From contig JAQULK010000001.1 of assembly GCA_028718635.1 (NCBI GenBank), positions 88,626-152,625 of the forward strand: a stretch of DNA of 64,000 nucleotides, read 5' to 3'. Positions 29,626-38,684 of the stretch are shown piece after piece (position 1 is the stretch's first letter; each line of letters opens with the position of its first letter). The notes under the pieces were generated by a model. That model made no database searches. It had not been told where the DNA came from and was given only the letters and a program-made list of their open reading frames with translations. The translations under genes and the position numbers were made by a program. The stretch is from Minisyncoccota bacterium. Lineage in GTDB: Bacteria; Patescibacteriota; Minisyncoccia; Phycocordibacterales; UBA9973.

Positions 29626-30729
29626 TTATTTTGCCCAAGAATTGTTTATTCCAGGATTAAACGCGCCTTTAACTTCAAAATGAATATGTGGCCCTGTAGA
29701 GTGTCCTGTAGAACCAACGTAGCCTATAACTTCACCCTGAGATACTTGATCTCCTGAGTGAGTCGCTATTTTTGACTGGTGAGCATATAAAGTCTGAGTG
29801 CCATTAGGATGAGAGATAATAACTAAATTACCAAAACCTCCGTTGTATCCAGTCCTAGCAAAAATAACTCTTCCAGCGGCGGCGGCATGGATAGGAGTAC
29901 CTGTGGCTATGGCTAAGTCCACAGCATTTCCGTCGTGACGTCCTTGACTTAAACGATAACCAGGGGCAGGGTTGATAAATCCGGCAAGATTTTGAGCAGG
30001 GTAGGCTTGATAGGTTTGTTTTTTCTTAGTAGTTGAAGTACTACTTTTAACTGATTTATTATTATCTCCAAGGCTAACATCTCCTCCAGGGATTGTAAGC
30101 TCATCTCCCAAGGCAAGGGTAGAGTCCGGTGTAATACCATTACAATAAATAATATCTTTTGCATCAACTTTGTAAAGTTTCGCTATCTGCTGTAAAGTCT
30201 GTCCTTTAGTAACGGTGTGTTCTACGCCAGAGACAGAAGGGATGAAAAGAACATCATCTCTTGTAAGAGTTTTCTTCATATCATTGGCTGCTAAGACTGT
30301 TTTTTCAGAAACATCAAGTAAGTCGGCTATTTTTGCGATAGTGTCTCCCTCTGCCACCACGTAGACATTCGGCTCTCCGCAGGATGAATCTAAAGCGTTT
30401 TGGTCGTCTGATACGCCTGAACCAACATTCGGAGAAAGTGCCTTGTCGTCAGAGATATTGTCAGTATTCGGATCTATGCCGTTAATGGTATCGTTATTTG
30501 AGCCATCTTTGCTGTTTTCCTCTTCTAAAATTGAAACCGAGGAAACATTCGCTTGAAGTGCATAAGCTTGATCACCCACAAAGATAGAAGACAAAGAAGA
30601 AAACAGATCCGCTTTAACTGACCATATGGGCACAAAAAGAACCCCAAAAAGCAAAGAAAGGGCAAAAAATGATTTTATTTTACTAACTGTTTTTTTTGTA
30701 GGTTTTATAAAACAAACTAAATGTCGCAA
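29626..30729 (-). CDS. LysM + M23 peptidase protein
   Basis: two LysM repeats, H..VD, YAH, STGPHIHFE; true start may be internal. Confidence 0.9.
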   Translation of the reverse strand: MRHLVCFIKPTKKTVSKIKSFFALSLLFGVLFVPIWSVKADLFSSLSSIFVGDQAYALQANVSSVSILEEENSKDGSNNDTINGIDPNTDNISDDKALSPNVGSGVSDDQNALDSSCGEPNVYVVAEGDTIAKIADLLDVSEKTVLAANDMKKTLTRDDVLFIPSVSGVEHTVTKGQTLQQIAKLYKVDAKDIIYCNGITPDSTLALGDELTIPGGDVSLGDNNKSVKSSTSTTKKKQTYQAYPAQNLAGFINPAPGYRLSQGRHDGNAVDLAIATGTPIHAAAAGRVIFARTGYNGGFGNLVIISHPNGTQTLYAHQSKIATHSGDQVSQGEVIGYVGSTGHSTGPHIHFEVKGAFNPGINNSWAK

Positions 30730-30926
30730 GATTTCCTTTTCTAGCCTTTTAAAATAAGGGTAGAATCACAGGACGACCAATAGGTTCTGTAAACAAAAGG
30801 TTCTCACGATGTTACTATCTTCTCTGGAATTCAGTCAACTTGTACTATACCTCTCTTCAGAACTATGTTTTAAGGATAGTTCAAAAACAGCCAAAAGTCA
30901 ATTTAATGGAAAATTAATGTGGATAA

Positions 30927-31279
30927 CCCCCACACCTTTTGTTTTATACCTTCAGGTCATATAATGATTATTATGTATTATATATATGTTCTAAAAAGCA
31001 TAAAAGATGATAAATTATATATCGGTTCGACTAATGACCTGAAGCGAAGACTTTCGGAACACAACAATGGATTTAATCGTTCAACAAAAGCTAGGCGACC
31101 ATTTGAACTTCGCTATTATGAAGCTTGTGCCAATGAACATGATGCTAGAACTAGAGAATATAATTTAAAAAAAGATGGAAAAGCGCTTGGGCAACTAAAA
31201 AGAAGGATTTCCGAAAGTCTTAAATAAATCCCCACAACCTATTTGGATAGGTGTGGGGATAAAACGAAAGGTGTGGGGG
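30927..31279 (+). mobile_element. CCCCCACACC-TIR element carrying a GIY-YIG gene, at a DnaA box
   Basis: TIR cccccacaccttt(t)gtttta / taaaac(g)aaaggtgtggggg; GATAAC on both sides; TGTGGATAA at 30918-30926. Confidence 0.85.
30973..31227 (+). CDS. small GIY-YIG nuclease
   Basis: YYIYVLKS...LYIGSTNDLKRRLSEHN.G...A..RE..LK; start at 30964 or 30973. Confidence 0.92.
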   Translation: MYYIYVLKSIKDDKLYIGSTNDLKRRLSEHNNGFNRSTKARRPFELRYYEACANEHDARTREYNLKKDGKALGQLKRRISESLK

Positions 31280-31337
31280 ATAACCCTTTTTACCTTAATT
31301 TGGTATTAAAAGTTAAAAACTATATAATGTAAACACC

Positions 31338-33713
31338 ATGGAACCAAAAGAACCAAAAATACACCGAAAACCAACAAAAAGAATAAATCTAATGCCTATT
31401 GAAAAATCAATATCTGAAATTGAAGAAGAAAGAAAAGATCTAGTAATTCCTGAGGAAGAAGCTGGAATCGAAAAAGAAATAGAGAATCTTCCACCAGAAG
31501 ATAAAGAAAAAATGGGGCGCTGGTATAATAATTTAGGCTTTAAGGCTGAAAAAGCAAAAAATGATATTTTTGCTAGTGTTTTTAATAAAGCACTGAAACT
31601 AAAAAATATTGACCCCAAAGGAACTACTGGAAAATTTTGCAAAGAAGCACTAGATGGTTTTGTACGTAATGCAAAAATTGCTGAAAAAAAAGCCAATGAC
31701 CCATCAGCGTTTAGTGATATTAAGAAAGGAGTATATATTAAAGGTAAAAAAAGAGGCATAACTATTAGCGCTGGAAAACAAAAATTTGCATCAAATGTCG
31801 GAGCTTTTTCTGGAAACGCTTTAAAATATCTCAGATTAATAGCTGACGCAACCGGACTCACGGTGGGTGCTGCTCATCGTGTGGTTATGGCAGCTGGTAT
31901 GGCGACTACTTGGTTGGCTGAAACTAGCAAAGAAACACGTTTTAAAAATGAAAAGTTGATTGCAAAAACTAGAATTGGTAAAGATATAACTCGAGAATCA
32001 AGCGCGGAAGAAGTAATGCAATTTTTGAAAGACAATGAAAAAGATATTGAAAAAGCTGAGGAAGAAGCTTGGAATATATACGAAAAAGCTGGAGGAACAT
32101 TTGAGAATGATAGTAAAGGGAATCGTATTTGGAAGGCAAATGATCTTTCCGCAGAAGATCTTAAAAATAAATATCTGATAGAAATACCAAAAGATTTGCA
32201 GAAAAGATTACAAAATCCAAGCTTAGCAAGTAATTTTATTCTGAGATTTGCTCAAAGAGCATTAAGAAGAGAGCTTCTTGGGTATAAGATAGAAGATCAC
32301 ATTCTTTTTGAAGGTTCAATATCAAGATTGAATAAAAAAATAGAAGAATTAGAAAATAGTAAAAGACTTACTCCTGAACAAAAAAAATATGAAATAGAAA
32401 AACTCATCACAAAACAAAAGAAAAATCTGGAAGATTATGATCGCATGATTACTCAATATGGCATTATCGATGGAACTGCTATGTTGCTGAAATATGCTCA
32501 AACAGCTGGAAAAGCCACAGTGGCAGTGTTGCAGGTAGAAACATTGGCTTTATCTGTAAACAAAATGTTTGAGGGAATCTCGCATCTTTTAACCTCGCAT
32601 AATATTCATCCAATTGAAGGAACTGGAAAATCTATAAAAGATATACTCCAAAAAGAAAAAACAGCAGAAGAACCAAGAATGCCTGAAGAAACAACTGCAC
32701 CTGAACATCCCGTTAAGCCAGAAATAAAACCAGAAGTAAAACCAGCTGAGACACCGGATCATAAAATAGAAGATAGTGTGGAAAAAGAAAATATAGTCAA
32801 ACCGCCAGAATCCGAAACTACTGAAACCTCCAAACCACCAGAGCCCGAAGCTGGAAATAAATCCACCGAAGCTACTTCAGAATCTAAAGTTGGGGCAGAA
32901 CAAGCACAAGCCGTAGAAAAAGAAGAGACAGAAACCGAAACAAAAACGGAAACAGAATCAAAAACAGCGCCTGCACCCGAAACACCTCCAGCAGAACCAG
33001 CACAGAAAACAGAGTTGGAATCATTAGTATTTAAAAAACCGATTACTCCTGAGGAATTAACTAAAACAATACAAGACCAATTAACTGCCAAAGAGCCTCC
33101 TGGAACTGTGCATATGGGAACACAATATAATACTGGGACACCATATGAAGTTGGAACATCATATAATACTGGTGAAATAAGAGGGACGGGCGGTGGAGGG
33201 TACGCAGAAAATTATTACGGAAACCAGCCAATAGTATTTGGAGGAAATAGATACTATCCTGACTCAGAAGGCCAGTATCATGATTTTCTTGGTAGACCAT
33301 ATTTTCCAAATCTTTCCCCCGAAGATAATTCTATTTTGCAACAACACCCGGAATTTGCAGAAAATCCTTACAACCTGCCTGAAACAAAATTGGTGCAAAT
33401 CTATGAAAACAGCCAAAAAGATTTGAGTTATATATTTAGAGATGAGCCATCGGGTTGGGATAAATACTTATCAAACTCCTTAAAGGAAGGAGCAAATAAA
33501 GTTTTAGAATACCAACAAAACCCAAGCGATGATCCAGCAGGCAACTATTTATCAGGTTATTTGAATATGCTTAAAAATCACGCAAATCTTAAACCAAAAG
33601 GAGGTTTCCTCGGGATGGGAGCTGAAAAAAGTGATCATTTTATTGCTCGCTGTTTACAAAAATTAGCATCAACTGGAGAGTTAGAAGTTTTTGAAGCAAA
33701 TCTAAGAAAATAA
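31338..33713 (+). CDS. large hypothetical protein with Pro/Glu/Thr-rich linker
   Basis: 791-aa ORF, coiled coils, low-complexity PETK region. Confidence 0.8.
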   Translation: MEPKEPKIHRKPTKRINLMPIEKSISEIEEERKDLVIPEEEAGIEKEIENLPPEDKEKMGRWYNNLGFKAEKAKNDIFASVFNKALKLKNIDPKGTTGKFCKEALDGFVRNAKIAEKKANDPSAFSDIKKGVYIKGKKRGITISAGKQKFASNVGAFSGNALKYLRLIADATGLTVGAAHRVVMAAGMATTWLAETSKETRFKNEKLIAKTRIGKDITRESSAEEVMQFLKDNEKDIEKAEEEAWNIYEKAGGTFENDSKGNRIWKANDLSAEDLKNKYLIEIPKDLQKRLQNPSLASNFILRFAQRALRRELLGYKIEDHILFEGSISRLNKKIEELENSKRLTPEQKKYEIEKLITKQKKNLEDYDRMITQYGIIDGTAMLLKYAQTAGKATVAVLQVETLALSVNKMFEGISHLLTSHNIHPIEGTGKSIKDILQKEKTAEEPRMPEETTAPEHPVKPEIKPEVKPAETPDHKIEDSVEKENIVKPPESETTETSKPPEPEAGNKSTEATSESKVGAEQAQAVEKEETETETKTETESKTAPAPETPPAEPAQKTELESLVFKKPITPEELTKTIQDQLTAKEPPGTVHMGTQYNTGTPYEVGTSYNTGEIRGTGGGGYAENYYGNQPIVFGGNRYYPDSEGQYHDFLGRPYFPNLSPEDNSILQQHPEFAENPYNLPETKLVQIYENSQKDLSYIFRDEPSGWDKYLSNSLKEGANKVLEYQQNPSDDPAGNYLSGYLNMLKNHANLKPKGGFLGMGAEKSDHFIARCLQKLASTGELEVFEANLRK

Positions 33714-33733
33714 ATTCATGCTATATTAGATGC

Positions 33734-35809
33734 GTGGATATAGAAGAAAAACATCTAAAAGGTCTAAATAGTGAGCAAAAAGAAGCGGCGCTTCATATGA
33801 AGGGACCGCTTTTGATTATTGCCGGAGCGGGAGCTGGGAAAACAAAAACGATTACGCACAGAATTGTAAATCTTATAAAAAACGGCGTGTCTCCCGATAA
33901 AATTTTGGCAGTGACCTTCACTAATAAGGCCGCTAAAGAAATGCGAGAGAGAATTATTTTAGAAATTAATAAAAACGCAAAAGGTCAAGAAAAAATTCCT
34001 TTCGTTTCCACTTTTCATTCTCTGGGAGTTTATATAATAAAAGAAAACGCCCGACTGCTCGGACTGACGAGATATTTTACTATTTTAGACGAAGGAGACG
34101 CGACCACTCTTATAAAAAATATTTTAAAAGAGCTTAGCATAGACCCGAAGCAATATGATCCAAAAAAAATAAAAAATATAATCTCGCGGGAAAAAGGAAA
34201 ATTTACAAATCTAACGGATTATATGGAGAAAGCCCTCTCCTTCGGGGAGGGTTGGGAGGGGTCTCTGGGTAAAATTACAGCTCAAGTTTGGAATTTGTAT
34301 GAAAAACAAAAAATGAAAGAGAATTCTTTAGACTTCGATGATCTGCTCTTAAAAGCGGTAAAACTACTGAAAGAAAACGAGGAAATTAGAAAAATATATC
34401 AAGAAAAATGGGAATATATCCACATTGATGAATATCAGGACACGAACGAAGCGCAATATTTGATGTCTAAATTACTTTCCGAAAAAAGTGGAAATATTTG
34501 CGTAGTCGGGGATGCCGATCAAAATATATATTCTTGGCGCGGAGCAAATTTGAAAAACATTCTGAATTTTGAAAAAGATTACCCGAATACAAAAATAATT
34601 TTGTTGGAACAAAATTACAGGTCTACAAAAAATATTCTAGAGGCGGCAAATGAAGTAATTAAGAAAAATAAATATAGGCCGGATAAAAATTTGTTTACGA
34701 AAAACATTGAAGGCGAAAAAATAGGCTTCTATGAAGCCCTAGACGAAACCGATGAAGCTGAATTCGTCGCCACAAAGATTATGGAGATACTAGACAGCGG
34801 GGCAGACTTGCTTTTTCGGGGTGTCTCGCAGGCTGACGAGCCGAGAGGCAGCGCTGTGCGAGCACGCACAGACAGCGACCCCGCAAAAGCAGAGTCTGCC
34901 CCGCTGTCTGAAATAGCCGTTTTGTATCGCGCAAATTTTCAATCGCGGGCGCTCGAAGAAGCGATGCTTCGGTACAATATTCCTTACCAAGTTTTAGGGG
35001 TTAAATTTTTTGAAAGAAAGGAAATAAAAGACACTCTCGTTTATTTGCGTGCAGCTCTCAATCCCGATAGCCTGTCTGATATAAAAAGGATCATTAATTT
35101 CCCATCGAGAGGCATTGGAAAAGTAACCTTGATGAAAATCTTTGCCGGCCAAAGAGAAACCCTGCCGGTAAAAATGCAAATAAAAATTAATAGTTTCTAT
35201 GAAACATTGGAAGAGATAAAGGAGAAAATAAATGATTTAAAAACAAGCGATCTCATAAAATTCGTAATAAAAAAGTCCGGAATTGAAACAGAACTTTCCT
35301 CTGGCACTGAAGAAGATATGGAAAGATTAGAAAACATCAAAGAGCTCGCCACCCTTGCGCTCAAATATGACAATCTAAAAAATGGAGCGGGTATAGAAAA
35401 ACTTTTAGAAGATGCCTCGCTTGCTTCAGATCAAGACTCTTTAATAATAAATCAAGAAAAGAAAGAAATAAAAAATGCGGTAAAATTAATGACAGTACAT
35501 GCTTCAAAAGGCCTTGAATTTGAATATGTTTTTGTTGTTGGATTAGAAGACGGGCTTTTTCCGCACGAGAGAATGGGAGACAGCCCAGCCTCCGCACAAG
35601 GCTTCGGCGAGACGCAGGAGGAAGAAAGAAGGCTTTTTTATGTGGCACTTACCCGCGCAAGGAGAAAATTATTTTTATCATTTGCGAATTTCCGCACTAT
35701 TTTCGGTTCGCGCAACATCAACGCTCCTTCAGAATTTATTTCTGATATTCCAGCAGATTTATTTGAAAGGGAAGGCGAAGATAGCGGGATAAAAACAATT
35801 TATTTATAA
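33734..35809 (+). CDS. pcrA: UvrD/PcrA helicase with three palindromic insertions
   Basis: AGAGAGKT, TFTNKAA, DEYQD, GDADQ, NYRS, TVHASKGLEF, YVALTRA. Confidence 0.95.
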   Translation: MDIEEKHLKGLNSEQKEAALHMKGPLLIIAGAGAGKTKTITHRIVNLIKNGVSPDKILAVTFTNKAAKEMRERIILEINKNAKGQEKIPFVSTFHSLGVYIIKENARLLGLTRYFTILDEGDATTLIKNILKELSIDPKQYDPKKIKNIISREKGKFTNLTDYMEKALSFGEGWEGSLGKITAQVWNLYEKQKMKENSLDFDDLLLKAVKLLKENEEIRKIYQEKWEYIHIDEYQDTNEAQYLMSKLLSEKSGNICVVGDADQNIYSWRGANLKNILNFEKDYPNTKIILLEQNYRSTKNILEAANEVIKKNKYRPDKNLFTKNIEGEKIGFYEALDETDEAEFVATKIMEILDSGADLLFRGVSQADEPRGSAVRARTDSDPAKAESAPLSEIAVLYRANFQSRALEEAMLRYNIPYQVLGVKFFERKEIKDTLVYLRAALNPDSLSDIKRIINFPSRGIGKVTLMKIFAGQRETLPVKMQIKINSFYETLEEIKEKINDLKTSDLIKFVIKKSGIETELSSGTEEDMERLENIKELATLALKYDNLKNGAGIEKLLEDASLASDQDSLIINQEKKEIKNAVKLMTVHASKGLEFEYVFVVGLEDGLFPHERMGDSPASAQGFGETQEEERRLFYVALTRARRKLFLSFANFRTIFGSRNINAPSEFISDIPADLFEREGEDSGIKTIYL
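34792..34909. repeat. family E element in-frame in pcrA
   Basis: 67-nt core identical to 26543-26609. Confidence 0.93.
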
Positions 35810-35813
35810 ATAT

Positions 35814-36695
35814 ATGATACACAAAGCAAAAAAATCCCTAGGGCAAAACTTTTTAAAATCTGAAATGGCCTTAAAAAAAATTGTTGAAGCCGGGGAAGTA
35901 AAAAAGAGCGATATAGTTTTAGAAATAGGACCAGGCAAAGGAGCGCTCACGTCTAAACTTTTAGAAAAAGCAAAAACTGTAATTGCGGTAGAGAAGGACC
36001 GCGAACTTTTTGAATTTTTAAAAGAAAAATTTAAAAAAGAAATAAAATCAAAATCTCTCCTCTTGATACAGGGAGATATTTTGGAGTTCGACCCCCTCTT
36101 AATCTCCCCCTTGGCAGGGGGAGAGGGAACAATTAACTACAAAATTATCGCCAACATTCCTTACAATATTACTGGTGCAATTTTGAAAAAGTTTTTGACG
36201 GCAAAAAATCAACCGGAGAGGATGATTTTAATGGTCCAGCACGAAGTGGCTAAACGCATAATGGCTCGCGACCCACGCCACGGCGGGGCAGGTGGCAAAG
36301 AAAGCATTCTTTCAATTTCGGTCAAAGCTTACGGTGAACCAAAGATGATTATGAAGGTGAATAAAAGATATTTTTCTCCTGCACCAAAAGTTGACTCAGC
36401 TATAATTGCGATAAAAAATATTTCTAGGGAAAGATTCACCTTATCCCAAAATTCACCTCACCCCAACCCTCTCCTTATTAAGGAGAGGGAGACATTTGAA
36501 GAAAAATTCTGGGAAATAGTAAAGACTGGTTTTGCACATAAAAGGAAAAAACTCTCCAGCAATCTAAAGAATGTTTGCCAAAGTGTTTGCCAAAGCAAGG
36601 CTTTGGCAAACTTGGGAAATAAAAGAGCTGAGGATTTAACTCTTAACGACTGGATTATGCTGACTAAAGGGGAGATGAGCCGACCATCGGAGTAA
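35814..36695 (+). CDS. rsmA: 16S rRNA dimethyladenosine transferase with four small palindromic insertions
   Basis: KKSLGQNFL, EIGPGKG, NIPY, PAPKVDS; inserts near 36091, 36270, 36450, 36572. Confidence 0.95.
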   Translation: MIHKAKKSLGQNFLKSEMALKKIVEAGEVKKSDIVLEIGPGKGALTSKLLEKAKTVIAVEKDRELFEFLKEKFKKEIKSKSLLLIQGDILEFDPLLISPLAGGEGTINYKIIANIPYNITGAILKKFLTAKNQPERMILMVQHEVAKRIMARDPRHGGAGGKESILSISVKAYGEPKMIMKVNKRYFSPAPKVDSAIIAIKNISRERFTLSQNSPHPNPLLIKERETFEEKFWEIVKTGFAHKRKKLSSNLKNVCQSVCQSKALANLGNKRAEDLTLNDWIMLTKGEMSRPSE

Positions 36696-37641
36696 TCGTA
36701 CCTTCGGTAGGGATAATAATAACAGGATCGCCAGGTATCGCACAAACACCAGGCACTACATAAGCTCCGAGTAAATAATTGGTAAAAGGAATATTGTAAC
36801 TTGCGAATCCTTGAGTCCCAGGATAATAAGAAAGAAGCGTTACATAAGTTGGCGGAAGAGGTGAAATAGTTATCATCCAACTAGAATTAGCCGCGCAAAA
36901 AAAAGGAAAAATTAAAGCACCACCAAACGGTATGCCAGTCGCAGCTTGGGCTACAGGAGGAGTAATTCCTAAAAAGGAAAGGGCCTTTGAGACAGCTTTA
37001 TCAAAGAATCCCAGAAACGGATGCTCGTTCAAATCAAGACTTAATTTGCTTTCATTTATAAGTAATTCCTTAAATTTTTTACTATAGTCAATATTGCTAT
37101 TTGAGACCTCTTTCCTAAGAGTGTCTGCTATAACGCTGAGTTCTTTTTCACTCTTGCCGTTTTTTCTATTTACTTCTACAACTGTTTTAATAAATTGATC
37201 AAGGTTTGTATTGTTGGCGAAGGGGTTAGAGGTAGGAACAGGGTTTGAAGCTTTATTTACAACGTCGTTTGCAGTACCATCGCATTTGACACCAGTGGTT
37301 GGGCTATACCCGACAGCAGAAAGACAACCTGCTGGGTAGGTGGCATTCGTCTTAACGCTATTGAGCACCCCGCGAGTGATGGCTCCAACTATTCCATCAG
37401 CCACCAATCTATTATTTGACTGAAAAACGGAAACAGCAGCTTTAGTCAAAGGTCCGAAACTCCCATCTGCCGCTACTCCTATTTTTCTTTGTAGACACTG
37501 CACTTCAACACCCTTGAAACCCACTCTTAATGTAGAAGTAATTCTACAGTCATCTGGAACTGAAGCAGAAACTGCAAAAACTACCTGAGAAGAAAAGAAA
37601 AAAGTTAAAACAAAAAATAAATAAAAATATAACGGTCTCAT
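36664..37641 (-). CDS. secreted peptidoglycan-binding domain protein
   Basis: signal peptide, L..G..G..V..LQ...DG.FGPLT..AV..FQ. Confidence 0.85.
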   Translation of the reverse strand: MRPLYFYLFFVLTFFFSSQVVFAVSASVPDDCRITSTLRVGFKGVEVQCLQRKIGVAADGSFGPLTKAAVSVFQSNNRLVADGIVGAITRGVLNSVKTNATYPAGCLSAVGYSPTTGVKCDGTANDVVNKASNPVPTSNPFANNTNLDQFIKTVVEVNRKNGKSEKELSVIADTLRKEVSNSNIDYSKKFKELLINESKLSLDLNEHPFLGFFDKAVSKALSFLGITPPVAQAATGIPFGGALIFPFFCAANSSWMITISPLPPTYVTLLSYYPGTQGFASYNIPFTNYLLGAYVVPGVCAIPGDPVIIIPTEGTITPMVGSSPL

Positions 37642-37666
37642 TGAGCTAATTATATCACAAATTCAT

Positions 37667-38632
37667 TTGCTTGTGCTCCTCACTTATTGTTATAATTATA
37701 TTGTTATCAAAACATTTTTAGTAAAATACAAAAAGATACTTTTAGTCATCTTGGCGGTGCTCTTTTTGGTTGTACTTTTTCTAATAAAAAATAAAATAAT
37801 TTTCAAAAATACACTCAACCTCAATCAAAACAGACAGGGAAACGGACTCGTTTATGATGAAAATGCGACCATAGAAGACCTAGTAAACAAAGACACCGAC
37901 GGCGATGGAATACCGGATTGGCAAGAAGGTTTATATGGACTTGATCCAACAAAAAAAGAAACTACTCCAGGAATACCAGACAGCTCAGCGATAGAGAACT
38001 TGAGAGCAGCACAAGGAATCAATACAGAAACAATAAACGGAGGAAGTTCCTCCACAGGGACAGAAAATTTAACTCAAACTGAAAAATTCTCTAGAGAACT
38101 TTTTGCGACAGTTGCCGCCTTAAATCAAAATGGTCAAGTTGACCAGGCAACCATAGACGCGCTCAGTAATTCTCTAGCAGAAAAAGTAGAAAATTCTACT
38201 CAAAGAAAAGTCTACACGATTTCTGATATTAAAATAATAAACATTGACACAAAACAAGCTATACAAAAATACAGCGATGCTTTAAACGCTATTTATTTAA
38301 AACAACATATTAAAAAAAGTGTACCCATGGTCTTGCAAGAATTTATAGCAGATGAAACGAATTTAGATAAATTACTAGAACTTGATCCTATTATTAGTCA
38401 AGCAAATCAAACAATCAATGAATCATTAAAAATACAAGTGCCGCAATCTCTCTCAGCCTTGCATTTAGATTTAATAAATAATTTTCAAAGAATTGAAGAA
38501 AATGTAAGTGATATAAAACTTTTTGACAGCGACCCAATAGTGGCAATAGGTGCCATAACTCAATATGGAAACAATGCCATTGCTTTAGCAAAATCCGCTA
38601 AAAACTTAACAGATGCTATTAAGCAAAATTGA
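37667..38632 (+). CDS. membrane-anchored protein with Ca-binding TSP3-like motif
   Basis: TM helix, DTDGDGIPDWQE; start uncertain. Confidence 0.75.
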   Translation: MLVLLTYCYNYIVIKTFLVKYKKILLVILAVLFLVVLFLIKNKIIFKNTLNLNQNRQGNGLVYDENATIEDLVNKDTDGDGIPDWQEGLYGLDPTKKETTPGIPDSSAIENLRAAQGINTETINGGSSSTGTENLTQTEKFSRELFATVAALNQNGQVDQATIDALSNSLAEKVENSTQRKVYTISDIKIINIDTKQAIQKYSDALNAIYLKQHIKKSVPMVLQEFIADETNLDKLLELDPIISQANQTINESLKIQVPQSLSALHLDLINNFQRIEENVSDIKLFDSDPIVAIGAITQYGNNAIALAKSAKNLTDAIKQN

Positions 38633-38684
38633 ACAACTAGGTAAAAAATTATATAATAAAAACAATAAAATGATAACTAAAAAT

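Noticed and set aside
26517-34909. Inteins or group I/II introns explaining the in-frame insertions
   Set aside because: Too short, no intein terminal residues or intron core motifs, and the same DNA is read on opposite strands.
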